A DNA stretch of 64,000 nucleotides from the human T2T-CHM13v2.0 reference genome, Homo sapiens, in the NCBI RefSeq assembly GCF_009914755.1, contig NC_060929.1; one strand, given 5' to 3'. The translations under genes and the position numbers were made by a program. The notes beneath the pieces are model-generated. The model was not told the origin of the DNA and did no database searches. It was given only the letters and a program-made list of their open reading frames with translations. Positions 13,876 through 27,993 of the stretch are shown here, piece by piece. Within the stretch, counting starts at the first letter, position 1, and the number at the start of each line of letters is the position of its first letter.

Positions 13876-14460
13876 CCTGCCCTATCCAAGCCACATGCAA
13901 CTGTTGAGCATTTGAAATGGGTCTGAATCAGGATGAACACAAGTGTAAAATACACACTGGATTTCAAAGGCAGTACAAAAAAAAGAATGTAGGTCGGACA
14001 TGGTGGCTCATGCCTGTAATCCCAGCATTTTGGGAGGCTGAGGTGGGAGTACAGCTTGAGCCCAGGAGTTCAAGACCAACCTGGGTAACATAGGGTGACC
14101 CCTATCACTACAATAAATAATTTCCTGGTATGGTAGCACGTACCTGTAGTCCCAGCTACTCAGAGGTTGAGGATGGAGAATCATTTGAGCCCTGGAGTTC
14201 GAGGCTGCAGTGAGCCATCGTAGTGCCACTGTACTCTAGCCTGGCCAACAGAGTGAGACCTTGTCTCCCACTCCCCATCTCCCTAAAAAAAAGAATGTAA
14301 AATACCTTAATCAGTGTATTACATTGATTGCATGTTGAAGTGGTAATAGTTTAGGTAGAGTACATTATTAAAACAACTTCACCTACTTTTTTAAATGTGG
14401 ATACTGGAAAATTTCAGGTTACACATGTGGCTCACGTTATATTTCTGTTGGGTAGCACCA
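13876..14460. mobile_element. MER3-like hAT-Charlie element split by an Alu
   Basis: GCCACATGCAACTGTTGAGCATTTGAAATG, AAGTGTAAAATACACACTGGATTTCAAAG, then after the Alu ...TGGCTCACGTTATATTTCTGTTGG. Confidence 0.65.
13992..14284 (+). mobile_element. Alu (AluJ-like)
   Basis: GGTCGGACATGGTGGCTCATGCCTGTAATCCC start; TSD AAAAAAAAGAATGTA at 13977-13991 and 14285-14299. Confidence 0.93.
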
Positions 14461-14749
14461 CACTGCACACTTTCTCCCTTGGGTGAAAAGAGTGTGTTCA
14501 TCTTTTTTCTCCACCACCGATTTGTGAGTTCCTGAAAGGTAGACGCTGCATTCTTGACATCTTGCTGACCTTTGCAAACCTAGCTGGCACATGGCAAGGC
14601 ACCAACAAAGGTATGCTGAGGGAGTGGATAAAGGAACCCAGGATGACAGGCATTTGGTCAATACAAAGCTCCCTTAGGCAGTGTAACTCCTGGGCCTGTG
14701 TTACTGATTTGCCCTTTTCTATTTTTCATAGTTTTTGTCTTTTTTTAAG

Positions 14750-14852
14750 GGCTCACACAGTCGACAAAAGAAAACGTTTTTCTTGGGAGATGGGCAGAAG
14801 CTGAAGGACTGGCATGACAAGGAGGCCATCCGGAGGGACGCTCAGCGCGTAG
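14750..14852 (+). CDS. GALNT10: GALNT10 coding exon 2 (103 nt, stem region)
   Basis: Polypyrimidine tract with AAG| acceptor and |GTACGG donor. Translates GSHSRQKKTFFLGDGQKLKDWHDKEAIRRDAQRV(G) and joins in frame with the next exon. Matches my recollection of human GalNAc-T10; exon numbering is from memory. Confidence 0.95.
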
Positions 14853-14909
14853 GTACGGAGGGCAGGATTGGCCATGGGTGGGCTCTGTGAAGGGCATATG
14901 CACATATGC

Positions 14910-14910
<1 letters not shown>

Positions 14911-14940
<30 letters not shown>

Positions 14941-14951
14941 CATGTGTGTGT
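14911..14951. repeat. (TG)14 plus short TG extension, 58 nt downstream of the exon 2 donor
   Basis: Directly visible. Confidence 0.95.
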
Positions 14952-16001
14952 TTAGCAGGGGTGTCTGGACCTCCTGTTGGCTCCCTCCCTGTCAGCCACC
15001 ATCCCTTCCCCTGTTTCCCAGATGCCCCTCTTCACCAGTTAGCTGACCCCTTTCTCCACTGCCATCACCAGATCTGCTGCCTGCAAGAATTTGCCTGCCA
15101 CCTTTATTGGGTGATAGAAAATGTCTCCCTCATAAAGGATATTTTGTATTTTATTTTTATAGGATAGAAATGTCTCTCCCTTATGAGATTACAACTAAAA
15201 CAAGGAGCAGTAATAAGAGCCAGCATTTATTGAACACCTATGGTGAGGAAGATCGATGCTCTGTACTTGGAAATTTCCTCTGTGAAACCTCAGATCAACC
15301 TTTATGGCCCATTTAATAAGAAGGGGCCTGTGGCGCTAAGAGGGGTGGTAATCTGCCCACTGTTGCACAGAAAGAAAGAGGCAAACTTGGAATTTGAACC
15401 CAGGTCTGGAGGGAGGGCAGAGTTGATTCCTACCTAACACTGCAGCCATGAGACTGAGTCAACTTAGAGGGCTTCAGCTAAAGTTTTCTTTGGCTAATTA
15501 GTCTTGGGAGCAGTTCCGTTTACACTGGTGAGTTGGGAAGGGTTGGGGTAAGGTGGTACAGAAATTATATGGAGAATCAACTCTAGGGAGCCTGGACTAA
15601 GGAGTCAGGAGAGCAGCTCTGATGCCACTTACAGCCATCTAATCAATAGATAAAGTCCATACTCCCAGAGCCTCAGTTTTTCCATCTGTCTGTGGGACTC
15701 ATGCCTCATGCTTCCTGCTTTGACAACCTCAGGATGTTATTGTGAGGGTGCCAAATAAAGCAATGAGTATGTAGTAGCTTTGCAATACTAGAAAGCACTG
15801 TAGAAATCTAAGGGATTGGTATTAATATTTTATTCATTTTTATCTCCATTAAAGCCTCCCACCACTATTGATTTTTTAAAGTTACATTATGACAAAACCA
15901 GCTTACCACAAGGCTCTGAATAGAGCTGGTGCAATAACTTAACTGATGATAAGAGAAATCTGGAGATGCCAGAAAATGAGAAGGGGGAATGGGTGCTGCT
16001 C

Positions 16002-16367
<366 letters not shown>

Positions 16368-17877
16368 TGATTTGCCAGACATACTAGAATTATTAACACT
16401 GGGCTAACCAGCAAGACAAGAGTAACGAGCAGTGGAGACATTAATAATAATAATAACCTGCATCTGTCGAACGCTAACTATGTGCCAGGCATCTTGCCTG
16501 CATTACCTCCTTAATCATCACATCATTCACATTGAACCTTCTCATTCTAATTAATACAAAGGGCAAAATCTTCAGACTCGGAAAGGCTGAAGGCATGTCC
16601 AAGATGACATAGCTGGGGATGGTAGGGCTGGCCTTGGAACTCCACTCCATCTGGCTCCAGGGCCTGAACTCTGCATTGGTCTCCTGTACTGCCCTTCTGA
16701 AGCTTCCCTCCCTGAGCAAACACTTCTGGTCTCCTGCTTACTGTGTTTGGGTCCCTCATGTTATCTGTCCTGGGGTCTAATCCATGATGTCTTATGAAGC
16801 ATTACAAGCTGTAGATGACAGAGACCTGTTTCTTGCCTGACTGGATTGGAGTAGTCAGAGCCCTTGGGCTCCATGTCTCAGCTTGCACCTTCCTGGAAAT
16901 CTGACTTTGTCAATGTTTACTTTGCAGAGTAAATAGGTGTTGCTCAGTCCACAAGCTCCAGAAGGCAAGATGATTTTTAACCCGTTGATTTTATTGCCAT
17001 TTCTTCAAGATCCTCACCAATGACAGATTCTTAAGCTACTATTGCAGGGGTCGATGTGGACATTCCCACTTACCATATGCACCTGGGAACCTAGAGAAAA
17101 ATTTCCTGGAGTATCACACTCCTTCTCCAGATGGGTTGTGCAGAGAAAGGAAAGCTAGCACTTTAACCCACCCAAATCCATGACTCAAAGCCACACTTTT
17201 CAGGCACTCCTGGTTTAGAGTAGGCAGATCTTAATTTGTTTGCTGCCCTAAAAACAAAAATAAAATCAAAGCATCTTTCATCATTTATGGCAATTTTGAT
17301 TTACTTATAAAGTTTGCCTCATCTACAGTAATCATCTTTCCTCGTGTTTATGAGGTGTTTTGTAGTTTACAAAAAGCTTTCAAATAGGCAACTCTCATTT
17401 GACTCTTTCAAGTGTGCTGTGGGTATCAGAGGAGGAAGCTTTAGCTCTGAGAGCTGGTGGGACTTGGCCCAAGATTGATCAGCTCACAGATGGTGGACCT
17501 AGCTGTCCAGTGACTGGTCTGCGAGGGCAGGGGTCTTTGGAGTTCCTGACGGAGTGAGGGGAGCATGGGTTTTGGAATCCATACTCCTGATTTGATAACC
17601 TTTCTCAGTCTCAGATTATCATTCTGTGGAATGAGAGGTCTCATGTCCACCCCGCAGAGCTGCTGTGATTACATGAGAACAAGATGTGCAAAGTGTCTGA
17701 ATAAATGCTTGCTCCCCTCCTACTCTTTGTACTTCCCCCTGCAAAAACTGAGCTATGCTCTATATCCAAATCAAGTTTTATCTTGGAGGTTTAATCATAT
17801 TTTTCATCCTTTTTCCCCACTCCATATACAGTACCCCATACATCATTAGCAACATCGAATTTGCTCTTTGCTTCTAG

Positions 17878-18016
17878 GAAATGGAGAACAAGGAAGACCT
17901 TACCCCATGACCGATGCTGAGAGAGTGGATCAGGCATACCGAGAAAATGGATTTAACATCTACGTCAGTGATAAAATCTCCTTGAATCGCTCTCTCCCAG
18001 ATATCCGGCACCCAAA
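17878..18016 (+). CDS. GALNT10: GALNT10 coding exon 3 (139 nt)
   Basis: TTGCTCTTTGCTTCTAG| acceptor and |GTGAGT donor. Translates (G)[45 protein letters not shown](N), containing the GalNAc-T family motif FN...SD.ISL.RSLPD.R. Confidence 0.97.
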
Positions 18017-18739
18017 GTGAGTGTAACATCTCTCAAATTCTGAGATCTAAGGATGTTTCCCTGGCTGTTGTTGAGAATTAATTAAGGAAGCAGGTACATG
18101 GAGCCCTGCTGACGGAGACACCCTCCTCTTTCACAGGCATTTGTGCAAAGGTTCATGGTGTTGAGGGGTAGGAGATAATACTGTCTCTCCAGATGAGCCA
18201 GCCTCCTTCCTCTTTTCAGGAGGTGGAACTATGTAGCCTCTGCATTTCCCCTTTTGCTCTGGGCTGAAGGGAAGTTCAGACCCCAGTGTAGACGACAAGT
18301 TGTCATGCAGTTTTTAACTTTCATTCTCTTCACTTTCTGTGTGATGTTTTTATTTCTTTTTAAAAAAAATCTTTCTATATATTTGTATCTTTGTTATAAA
18401 CCATCTCTAATCACATTGAGAGCAGACATATCAGAATGATTATAAAGATGACAACAATGGCATCTAACATTCTTTGAACCGGTACTATGTGCCAAACGCT
18501 TTATTTGTATCATCTCAGGTTGCTGTGAGGTAGGTCCTGTAATGATGCCGATTTTACAGTGAGAAAACTGGGGCTTAAAGGAGGGTCATAACTCACTTAA
18601 GGCTATAAGTTGATTGACAGAATAAGACAGGCCTTAGACTCCAGTTCAATCAAAAACTATACTCTGGACCTTAAGTTATCCTGCCTCCCTGTACATTTTC
18701 AGTAAGGGTCATTGTGGTGATGATGGTGATTTTCTGGTA

Positions 18740-18920
18740 GAGCCGTTCTTAAATTTGAGGTGCGTTAGAATCACTTGGAGGGTTGTTAGACACAGGATAT
18801 TGAGGCCTCAAAGCTGTTGATTCAGTAGGTCTGGATGGGGGCCCAAGAACTTCCATTTCAAATAGGCTCCCTGGGGATGCTGGCGCTGCTTATCTTGGGA
18901 CCACACTTTGAGAATCACTG
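18740..18920. mobile_element. MER5A hAT-Charlie element
   Basis: TTAGAATCACTTGGAGGG...GATTCAGTAGGTCTGG...GGGACCACACTTTGAGAATCACTG. Confidence 0.8.
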
Positions 18921-19074
18921 CAAGTAGATTTCAGAATTGCTTCTACATGAAGGCAGTACTGAGTAGCACTGGAATATAAGTTTTGCTCAGGGACTAACAA
19001 AATAGAGCCCAGGAAAAGATAATAAAAGCTAACATTTATTAGTTGCTTACTGTATGCCAGGCATTTTTCTAAGC

Positions 19075-19261
19075 CAGTGGTTCTCAAAGTGTGGTTCCCA
19101 GACCAGCAATATCAGCATCACCTAGGAATTTGGTAGACCTGCAGATTCTTGGGCCCCAGCCCAGATTTACCAAATCAAAGCTATGAGGAAGGGTCCAGCA
19201 ATCAGTGTTTTAACAAGGCCTCCAGGAGATTCTGATGCATGCTTGCATTTGAGAACCACTG
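19075..19261. mobile_element. MER5A hAT-Charlie element, opposite orientation to the previous copy
   Basis: Terminal inverted repeats CAGTGGTTCTCAAA ... TTTGAGAACCACTG. Confidence 0.85.
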
Positions 19262-19595
19262 TTTCAGGTATTTTAAGTATATTAACTCAGTCAAATCTTC
19301 TAAAATCCCTGTGAGGTTATTATAACCATTTCATAGATGAGGAATTGAGGCACAAAAAGATTAAGTAATTTGCATAGGATGACATAGCTGAAAAGAGATG
19401 GAGCCAGAATTTGAACCCAGGGAGTCTGGCTCTAGAATCTGTGGTTTTAATCACTGAACCATAAAAGTCTTTCCACCTATAAGATCTCAATCAGTAGAAT
19501 GCAGTGCTAAAGACTTCATCTTGGTAACATGTTTGGCAGCTTACAAAATGCCTTCATTCCCATAACCCCCTTTAGTTCCTACAACAATACTTTGA

Positions 19596-20069
<474 letters not shown>

Positions 20070-20302
20070 AAGCCCCAGATTTTTTCATGTAAGTCTAGAC
20101 TGTTTGTAGTTCAGCTATGACAGATGTTACTGGATTTGGAACTGTAACCTGACTCTGAGGGTCAAAAACTCAATGTATGTGTTTAGCTCCTTGCAGGGTT
20201 CCAAATTCTGCACTAATTTCATCTTTCTGAATCTAGGAAAGAAGTTCACCTGGGGAGTTCATTCATTGTTCTCTCACCGCAGCTGCGGTTCTTGTGGTAC
20301 TG

Positions 20303-20468
20303 TGGGTTCTCAACCCTGGCTGCACCTGGATGGTTTTTTAAACTACAAAGGCCAGGACCCCACCCCAGACCACTGAAATCTGAATCTCTGAGGTTGTTAC
20401 CTGGATCTCAGTATTTTCTAAGATCTCCAAAAGCAATTCTCACGTATAATGAGGGTTGAGAATCACTG
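20303..20468. mobile_element. MER5-type hAT-Charlie element
   Basis: GGTTCTCAACCCTGGCTGCAC ... AGGGTTGAGAATCACTG termini. Confidence 0.65.
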
Positions 20469-21486
20469 GTGTGCAATGAAGAATATTTCTGCAGTGAGAG
20501 AGAGAGACAGGCTGGGTGTGGTCACAGCTTTCTTCCATTCTTTCATCTATTCATAGTATATATGTAGGTCTTCTATGTGCCAAGCCCTGTGCTTGACACT
20601 AGGATCACAAGGATAAATGAATCATTAGTGTTGCCTCAAAGGAACTCCCACTCTTCTGCAAGGGGTGGGGATGGATGACATGAGCTGGGCATTACACCAT
20701 AGTTGAGAAGATCAATAATAGGGTTGGGCACAGGGTGCTTTGTGACCACAGAGGATACCCCTGACCCTGTGTCTGCAGTTTAAGAGCTAGGAAGGCCTTC
20801 CGGAGGGGTGCTATCTACAGCCTCTGAAAGGAACAACTAGGGCTAGCCAGGGGATGGGGATGAGCAAGAGCATTGTGGGTAGAGAGAGTGGCCTGGCCAG
20901 AGGCCTCCAGGCAAAACAGCACATGTTCTCTGGCTTAGGACTTAGGAAGTGGAGCCAGGATGAGGACCTAGCCCCTTTGTCTCCCATTGTAGTGCTCTTT
21001 CCTGACAGTCCAGAAAAAGAAACCTCTTTTTCATCGAAGAGTCCTGGGATCCACAGATGTGTCCCTCAATAGAATTCAGGGGAGTCTGTGAAGTTGGATG
21101 AGAAAAACGTTGAATTTTTTTAAAAAATTAACCTTTATCTGAAATTTCGTGTTCCCTTCAGTTGTGAATGTAGGCAACAAAGCCCTGTGATGTCCCCCAA
21201 GGAAAGCATTTGCTTTCACATCACTTACAGACCTCTTGAATCCCATGGACACTCATCACTACTTTGAAATGGAGGTAGTTTTTATAACTACCACTGATCT
21301 TTTTTTTTCTAGATATTTACTTTTTAATTTTAATTATCATGGCTATATAATGATTGTATATATTTATGAGATACATGTGATGTTTTGATATGGGCATACA
21401 ATATGTAATGATCAAGTCAAGGTAATTGGGAAATCCATCACCTCAATAATTTATCATTTCTTTTACCACTAGATCTTGTTGCTTCT

Positions 21487-21628
21487 TGTTTTTTTGTTTT
21501 TTTTTTTTTTTGAGACAGGGTCTTGCTATGTTGCCTAGGCTGGTCTCAAACTCCTAGGCTCAAGTGATCCTCTTGCCTCAGACTCCTGAGGAGCTGAGAT
21601 TACAGGCAAAACCTCATCACATTTGGCT
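21487..21628 (-). mobile_element. Alu monomer (FLAM-like), antisense
   Basis: Poly-T, GAGACAGGGTCTTGCTATGTTGCCTAGGCTGGTCTCAAACTCC; single arm only. Confidence 0.8.
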
Positions 21629-24600
21629 TTGAATAAATTTTGATAACTATATTTCAGTCTAATTGGTTTTCTTTAAAATCTGGTACATTTTATGTATTAT
21701 GAGCATTGCTCTGAGAAGTGTCCACAGGCTCCCCCAGCCTGGCAGATGGACCTCTGGCATCAATAAGCTGTGGAACTCCTGTTCCAGGTGGGTGGGAGTG
21801 GAGCTAAGGAGGCCTTAGATACCTCTGTCACCAGCCCACCCACCCAGCCAGCCAGCCAGCATCCAAGTTACTAACTGCAAAAGATGTCACTACTGCCAGC
21901 GCTCCTGACACCCCCCTTTTTTGGAGTCACCAAGTGTGGAAGCTGACTTTTCAGAAATGAGTTGACAGATGTCTCGAAGAGATTTCCTTTTTTTCCAGAG
22001 GGGAATCTTTCCTGCAGTTTGACAGCAGAAATGTGTGAGTAAATTAGAGCAGTCGAGCCGCTCACTCCATTCAGTTTCTTTTAGCTTAAACAACTTCTCC
22101 AGCAGGAGCTGAGGTTTATGTTTGCCTTTTGTTCCTTCAAACTGAATTTTGGCAACAGCATGTCAAGAACAAGATTGAGGGGCTGTTTGTTTGTGCCAGC
22201 TGCCTTTGCTTCCACCAGAAGCTGCACTGGGGACTGCGTAGCCAGAGAACGGAAGCGAGGCAGTTTGGCCCAGACTCACTGGACCTGCAAATGGGAGTCA
22301 GCCAGCTGGCTCTGAGTGGGCCTGCCCTCTGCACCTCCTGCCAAGTGAGCGTGAACAGTGGCTGGCTGGTGGGCTGGCCCACTTTCCCTACTCCCTGGGA
22401 GCCCTGCTGGGCTGCTTGGCAACTGAGCGTGGAGGCCCCTCCAGAGCACAGGGCTGATGGCACAACAGAGACCCAACTGCTAAAGTGCCTGGGATCTGCA
22501 GTTTCCGGTGCAAACCCCAGGTTAGGTGGTCAGTTTCTCCTATGCAAAGATTATCCATGGATATCCAGGATATCCAGAGATATCCTGACCTGCTTTCTCC
22601 ATTCCATAGTTTTAGCTTCACAATGAATGAACCTGTGTTGCAACAAAAGGCCCAAGTCTACCAGATCCCTCCTTCCATGTTCCTTTTTGCTTTGTCCTTT
22701 TTGTTAAATTAACACAGTTAATTTATGACATATACTAAATGTCCTCAAAAGAACTTATAAGCTCATATTACTATAATAGTCCCGTATTATATTGAGTACC
22801 TTTACATCCCTAACAGGCTACAAAGTGTAATAGAAGCAAGAAGGAAGGGAGTTATCACCTATTACCTTTGACAAACATGTATTAAAAAATGACAACTTGC
22901 CAACACAGGAAGTTTAAGTCAACCACATTTATTGTAGTAATAATATAATAGTGCCCCAATTGGAACATACACATAGGTATAAAATCACATTTGGGCCAAG
23001 ATGAAGTAAGATAAGTTTTCCCTTCTGCCTAAACAACACCCCCCACCCAAAAAAAAAGGCCAGGCAAAATACATGAAACACTGGTTTTTAAGACACTGGA
23101 CATCAGGCAGTGAAGAACAATAATTTCTAAGAAATTGAAACAAATGAGGTGAGCCCTATAGTTGCCCCAGCTTATTGCCTTTGGAGAATTTCCAGGCCAT
23201 GGTACAGGGAGGGCAAGCCCAGATAGAGCCCAGAAGACTTACTGAGTTGAGGAAGTGGAGCTGAGAGTCCAAGGAGATCAAGAAGGCTATAGTTCAGAGG
23301 ACACAGTACTGGAGACAGGAGAGCTGTGCAAAGAGAGACCTACAGAGATCTACAGAGTCCTCTCAAACACTCAGTGGATTATTGATCAGCACCTGCCGTG
23401 AGGAAGCTATCTGAGGCTGGGAAAGGAATCACCCTAAAGGGCTATAGGGAACAGTGCATAGTGCTCACTCAGGGCCAAAAATAGTTCCTCTTCCCACCAC
23501 CCAGACTGGAAAACCTCCTAATTCATAACTCATGGGGAATCAGGTAGAGTACTTAGAAGAGTTTTGCCTTAGTGGCATCTAATCAGCCCTAGACTAAACA
23601 GTGCTCTGGACCAGTCTAAAAATATCATAAATTATTACCCAAAAGGATCAAACTGTTTCCAAATATATAATGCACCCAGAACAAAGCTTGATAATACTTA
23701 CATCAATACATAAATATTCACTACTAAGCAATGTGAAACCCAATCAAAGATTATCAGGTATGCAAAAAAGTAGAGAAACATGACCCACAGTGACAAGTAT
23801 AATCACTCAATCAACCAACCCAGGGTAGACACAGATATTAGAATTAGCAGAGTTAATTGTAACTGTATTTCATATGTTTAAAAAGTTAGGTAGAGATACG
23901 GAAGATATAAGAAGATCCAAATCGAAATTCTAGAAATGAAATCAACAATGTCTAAAATGAGAAATATACTGAATGGGATTAATGGCATAGATATTGCTGG
24001 AAAAAAAAGATTAATGAACTTGAAGATGTAGCAAAAGAAACTACTCAAAACACAGAAAAAGATTTTAAAAATTGAAAAGAGGTTCAATTACCTGTGGGTC
24101 AAGTTTAAAAATTCTAATATTCATGTAATTAGGGTGTGTGTAAGGAAGTAATGGCTGAAAGTCTTCCAAATTGGATAACAACTGTAATACCACATCCAAG
24201 AAACTCAGTGAAACACAAGCTCAAGAAATACAAAGAAAATGACATCAAGGCATGTTATAATCAAATTACTAAAAAACCAGTGATGAAGAAAAAAATGTCA
24301 AAGCAGCCAGAGAAATAAAGCATGTTATATAGAGAGGAACAATGATAAGAGGAGAATTCTTGTTGTAAACAGTACAAAGAAGAATATGGTGTAGCAACAT
24401 CTTTAAAGTACGGAAATGTCAGTAAACTATGGTTAGTAAGAAAAAAATAAGGTATGGAAAGAGAAAACTCTGTCAACTTAGAATTCTGTACCCAGTGAAA
24501 ATATCTTTTTTAAAAAAAGATACTAGCTACAAATAGAGATCTTTATTTACAAAATATGAAGATCACTAGAAATAGTAGCTTTGTGGGTAAATATATGCTA

Positions 24601-24954
24601 TTTGTCTTATTGTTTAAATCTTTTAAAAGATAATTGACTGTGTAACCAAGAATAATAACATTACTGGATTTAAAACATGTGTAAAATAAAATGTGTGCCA
24701 ACATAAAGATTGAAGGGGAGAAATGGTAATCTGGTATCGTAAGGTTCTCATAGTACGTATGAAGTATACAATATCATCTGAAGGTAGACTGATGAGTTAA
24801 AAACATACTATAAACCCTAAAGCAAGCACTAAAATAACAAAACAGAATTATAGCTAATAAGCCAACAGAGGAGATAAAATGAAATCATAAAAAGTAATCC
24901 AAAATATGGCAGAAAAAGCAAGGAAGGGAATCAAAATCACAAAGGAGAAATAGA

Positions 24955-25243
<289 letters not shown>

Positions 25244-25617
25244 AAGAAGAAGAAGAAATAGAAACTACCAAAATGATGGACTTTAACCTGACCATATCAA
25301 TAATCACATTAAATGTAAATGCTCTAATTATTCTGGTTAAAAGGTGGAGATTGTCAGATTGGATAAGAAAACAAGATTCAAATACATGCTCCCTGCAAGA
25401 AACACACTTTAAATGTAGAGATACAAATAAGTTAAATGTAAAAGACAGAGAAGATATACCATGCTAACACCAGTCAAAAGAAAGCTGCAGAGGCAATATT
25501 AATATCAGTCAAAATAGATTTCGGAGCAAAGAATATTACCAGGAATAAAGAAAGTTATTCATAATAAAAAAGTAATTCATAAGGAAGACATAGCAATCCT
25601 AAATGTTTATGTACTTA

Positions 25618-25970
<353 letters not shown>

Positions 25971-26655
25971 AAACTATAAGGAGAAATTTAAAAAGCCACA
26001 ATTATGAGATTATGAGATTTCAACACCTCTCTCTCAATAATTGGTAATACAGATAGACAGAAAATCAGCAAGGATATAGTAGACTCTCACAGCACTGTCA
26101 ACCAATATGACCTAATTGACATTTATAGAACACTCCAACCAATAAGAGCAGAATACACATTCTTTTCAAGTGGATATGAAACATTTACCAAGATAGATTA
26201 TATTTTGGGCCAGAAAACAAGTCCTCATAAATTTAAAAGGATTCAAGTGATACAAAGTATCACTCTAACCACAATGAAATTAAACTTAGAAATCAATAAC
26301 AAAATAATCCTTTTAAACTTTCCAAACGATTAGAAAGTATATTACTTACATGTAAATAACAGATGGGTCAAAAAAGAAATCAAAAACAAAATTAGAAAGT
26401 ATTATTAACTGAATGATAATGAAAACACAATATATCAGAATTTGTGGAATGTCACTAAACTACTACATAAGGGGAAATTTGTAGCATTAATGCCTATGTT
26501 AGAAAAAAAGAATGGTCTAAAATTGATGACATCAACTTCCACTTTCAGAAACTAGAAAAAGAAGAGCAAATTAATCACAGTAAACAGAAGAAAGGATGTG
26601 AAAAAGGGCAAAGCAGGGATCAATGAAACAGAAAATCAAGGAAACCAAAAGCTGG

Positions 26656-26898
26656 TCAAAAAACAACAACAACAAAAAAAAAAACTTAGGAGAAATTTAA
26701 AAAGCCACAATTATGAAATTATGAGATTTCAACACCTCTCTCTCAATAACTGGTAATACAGATAGACAGAAAATCAGCAAGGATATAGTAGACTCTCACA
26801 GCACTGTCAACCAATATAACCTAATTGATATTTATAGAACACTCCACCAATAAGAGCAGAATACACATTATTTTCAAGTGGATATGAAACATTTACCA
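26656..26898 (+). repeat. Dispersed direct duplication of 25950-26190
   Basis: Near-identical copy (a handful of differences) of the Alu tail plus L1 segment, inserted into L1 ORF2. Confidence 0.95.
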
Positions 26899-27261
26899 CT
26901 TTGAAATGGTCAATTAAATTGATTAACATCTAACCAGCTAGAAAAAGAGAAAAAGAAGACAAAAATTACCAATATCAGGAATGAGAGAGATGACATAACT
27001 ATAGATTCTATAACTATTAAGAGAATAATAAAGGAATATTCTGAACAACTTTGTGCCAAAACATCTAACAGCTTCACTGAAATGACAGATTCTTTGAAAG
27101 ACACAAACTGCCAAAACTCACTTAAGGAGAAACGATCAACCTGAATAGTCCTATATCTATTGAAGAGATTGACAGTGTAGTTAAGTACCTTCCCATAAAG
27201 AAAACTTTAGGCCCAGATGGGTTCACTGATGAATTATTTCAACAATTTAAGAAATAATTCT

Positions 27262-27646
<385 letters not shown>

Positions 27647-27910
27647 TTATCCTGATACCAAAATCAGACAAAGATATTACAAAAAAAGAATATTACAGAC
27701 CAATGTCCCTCATGAATGGGTTGGGCAGGTGGTATCATCGTCATTATTCACTTTTCTTCAGGTCAGCAACTAGAAGATCAAAGGATAAAGAGGTGTGTCA
27801 AAGTCACACAGGTACACCCAGAGCAGGGTTGTATGTTTAGTGAAAAATAATAACAATAAAGTATGAAAAGAAAAACCTAGAATTCTATACCCAGTGAAAA
27901 TATCTTCCAA

Positions 27911-27993
27911 AAAAAAAAAGATACCAGATAGAAATAGAGATCTTTATTCACAAAGAATAAAGATCTCTATTTCTATCTGGTATCTTTTTTTTT
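27911..27993. repeat. Perfect 39-bp inverted repeat with 5-nt loop
   Basis: 27911-27949 (A9-GATACCAGATAGAAATAGAGATCTTTATTC), loop ACAAA, and 27955-27993 as its exact reverse complement. Confidence 0.97.

Noticed and set aside
22129-22626. Longest ORF (165 aa) with several overlapping ORFs on both strands
   Set aside because: The GC-richer local composition lowers stop frequency; there is no domain similarity or convincing splice structure.
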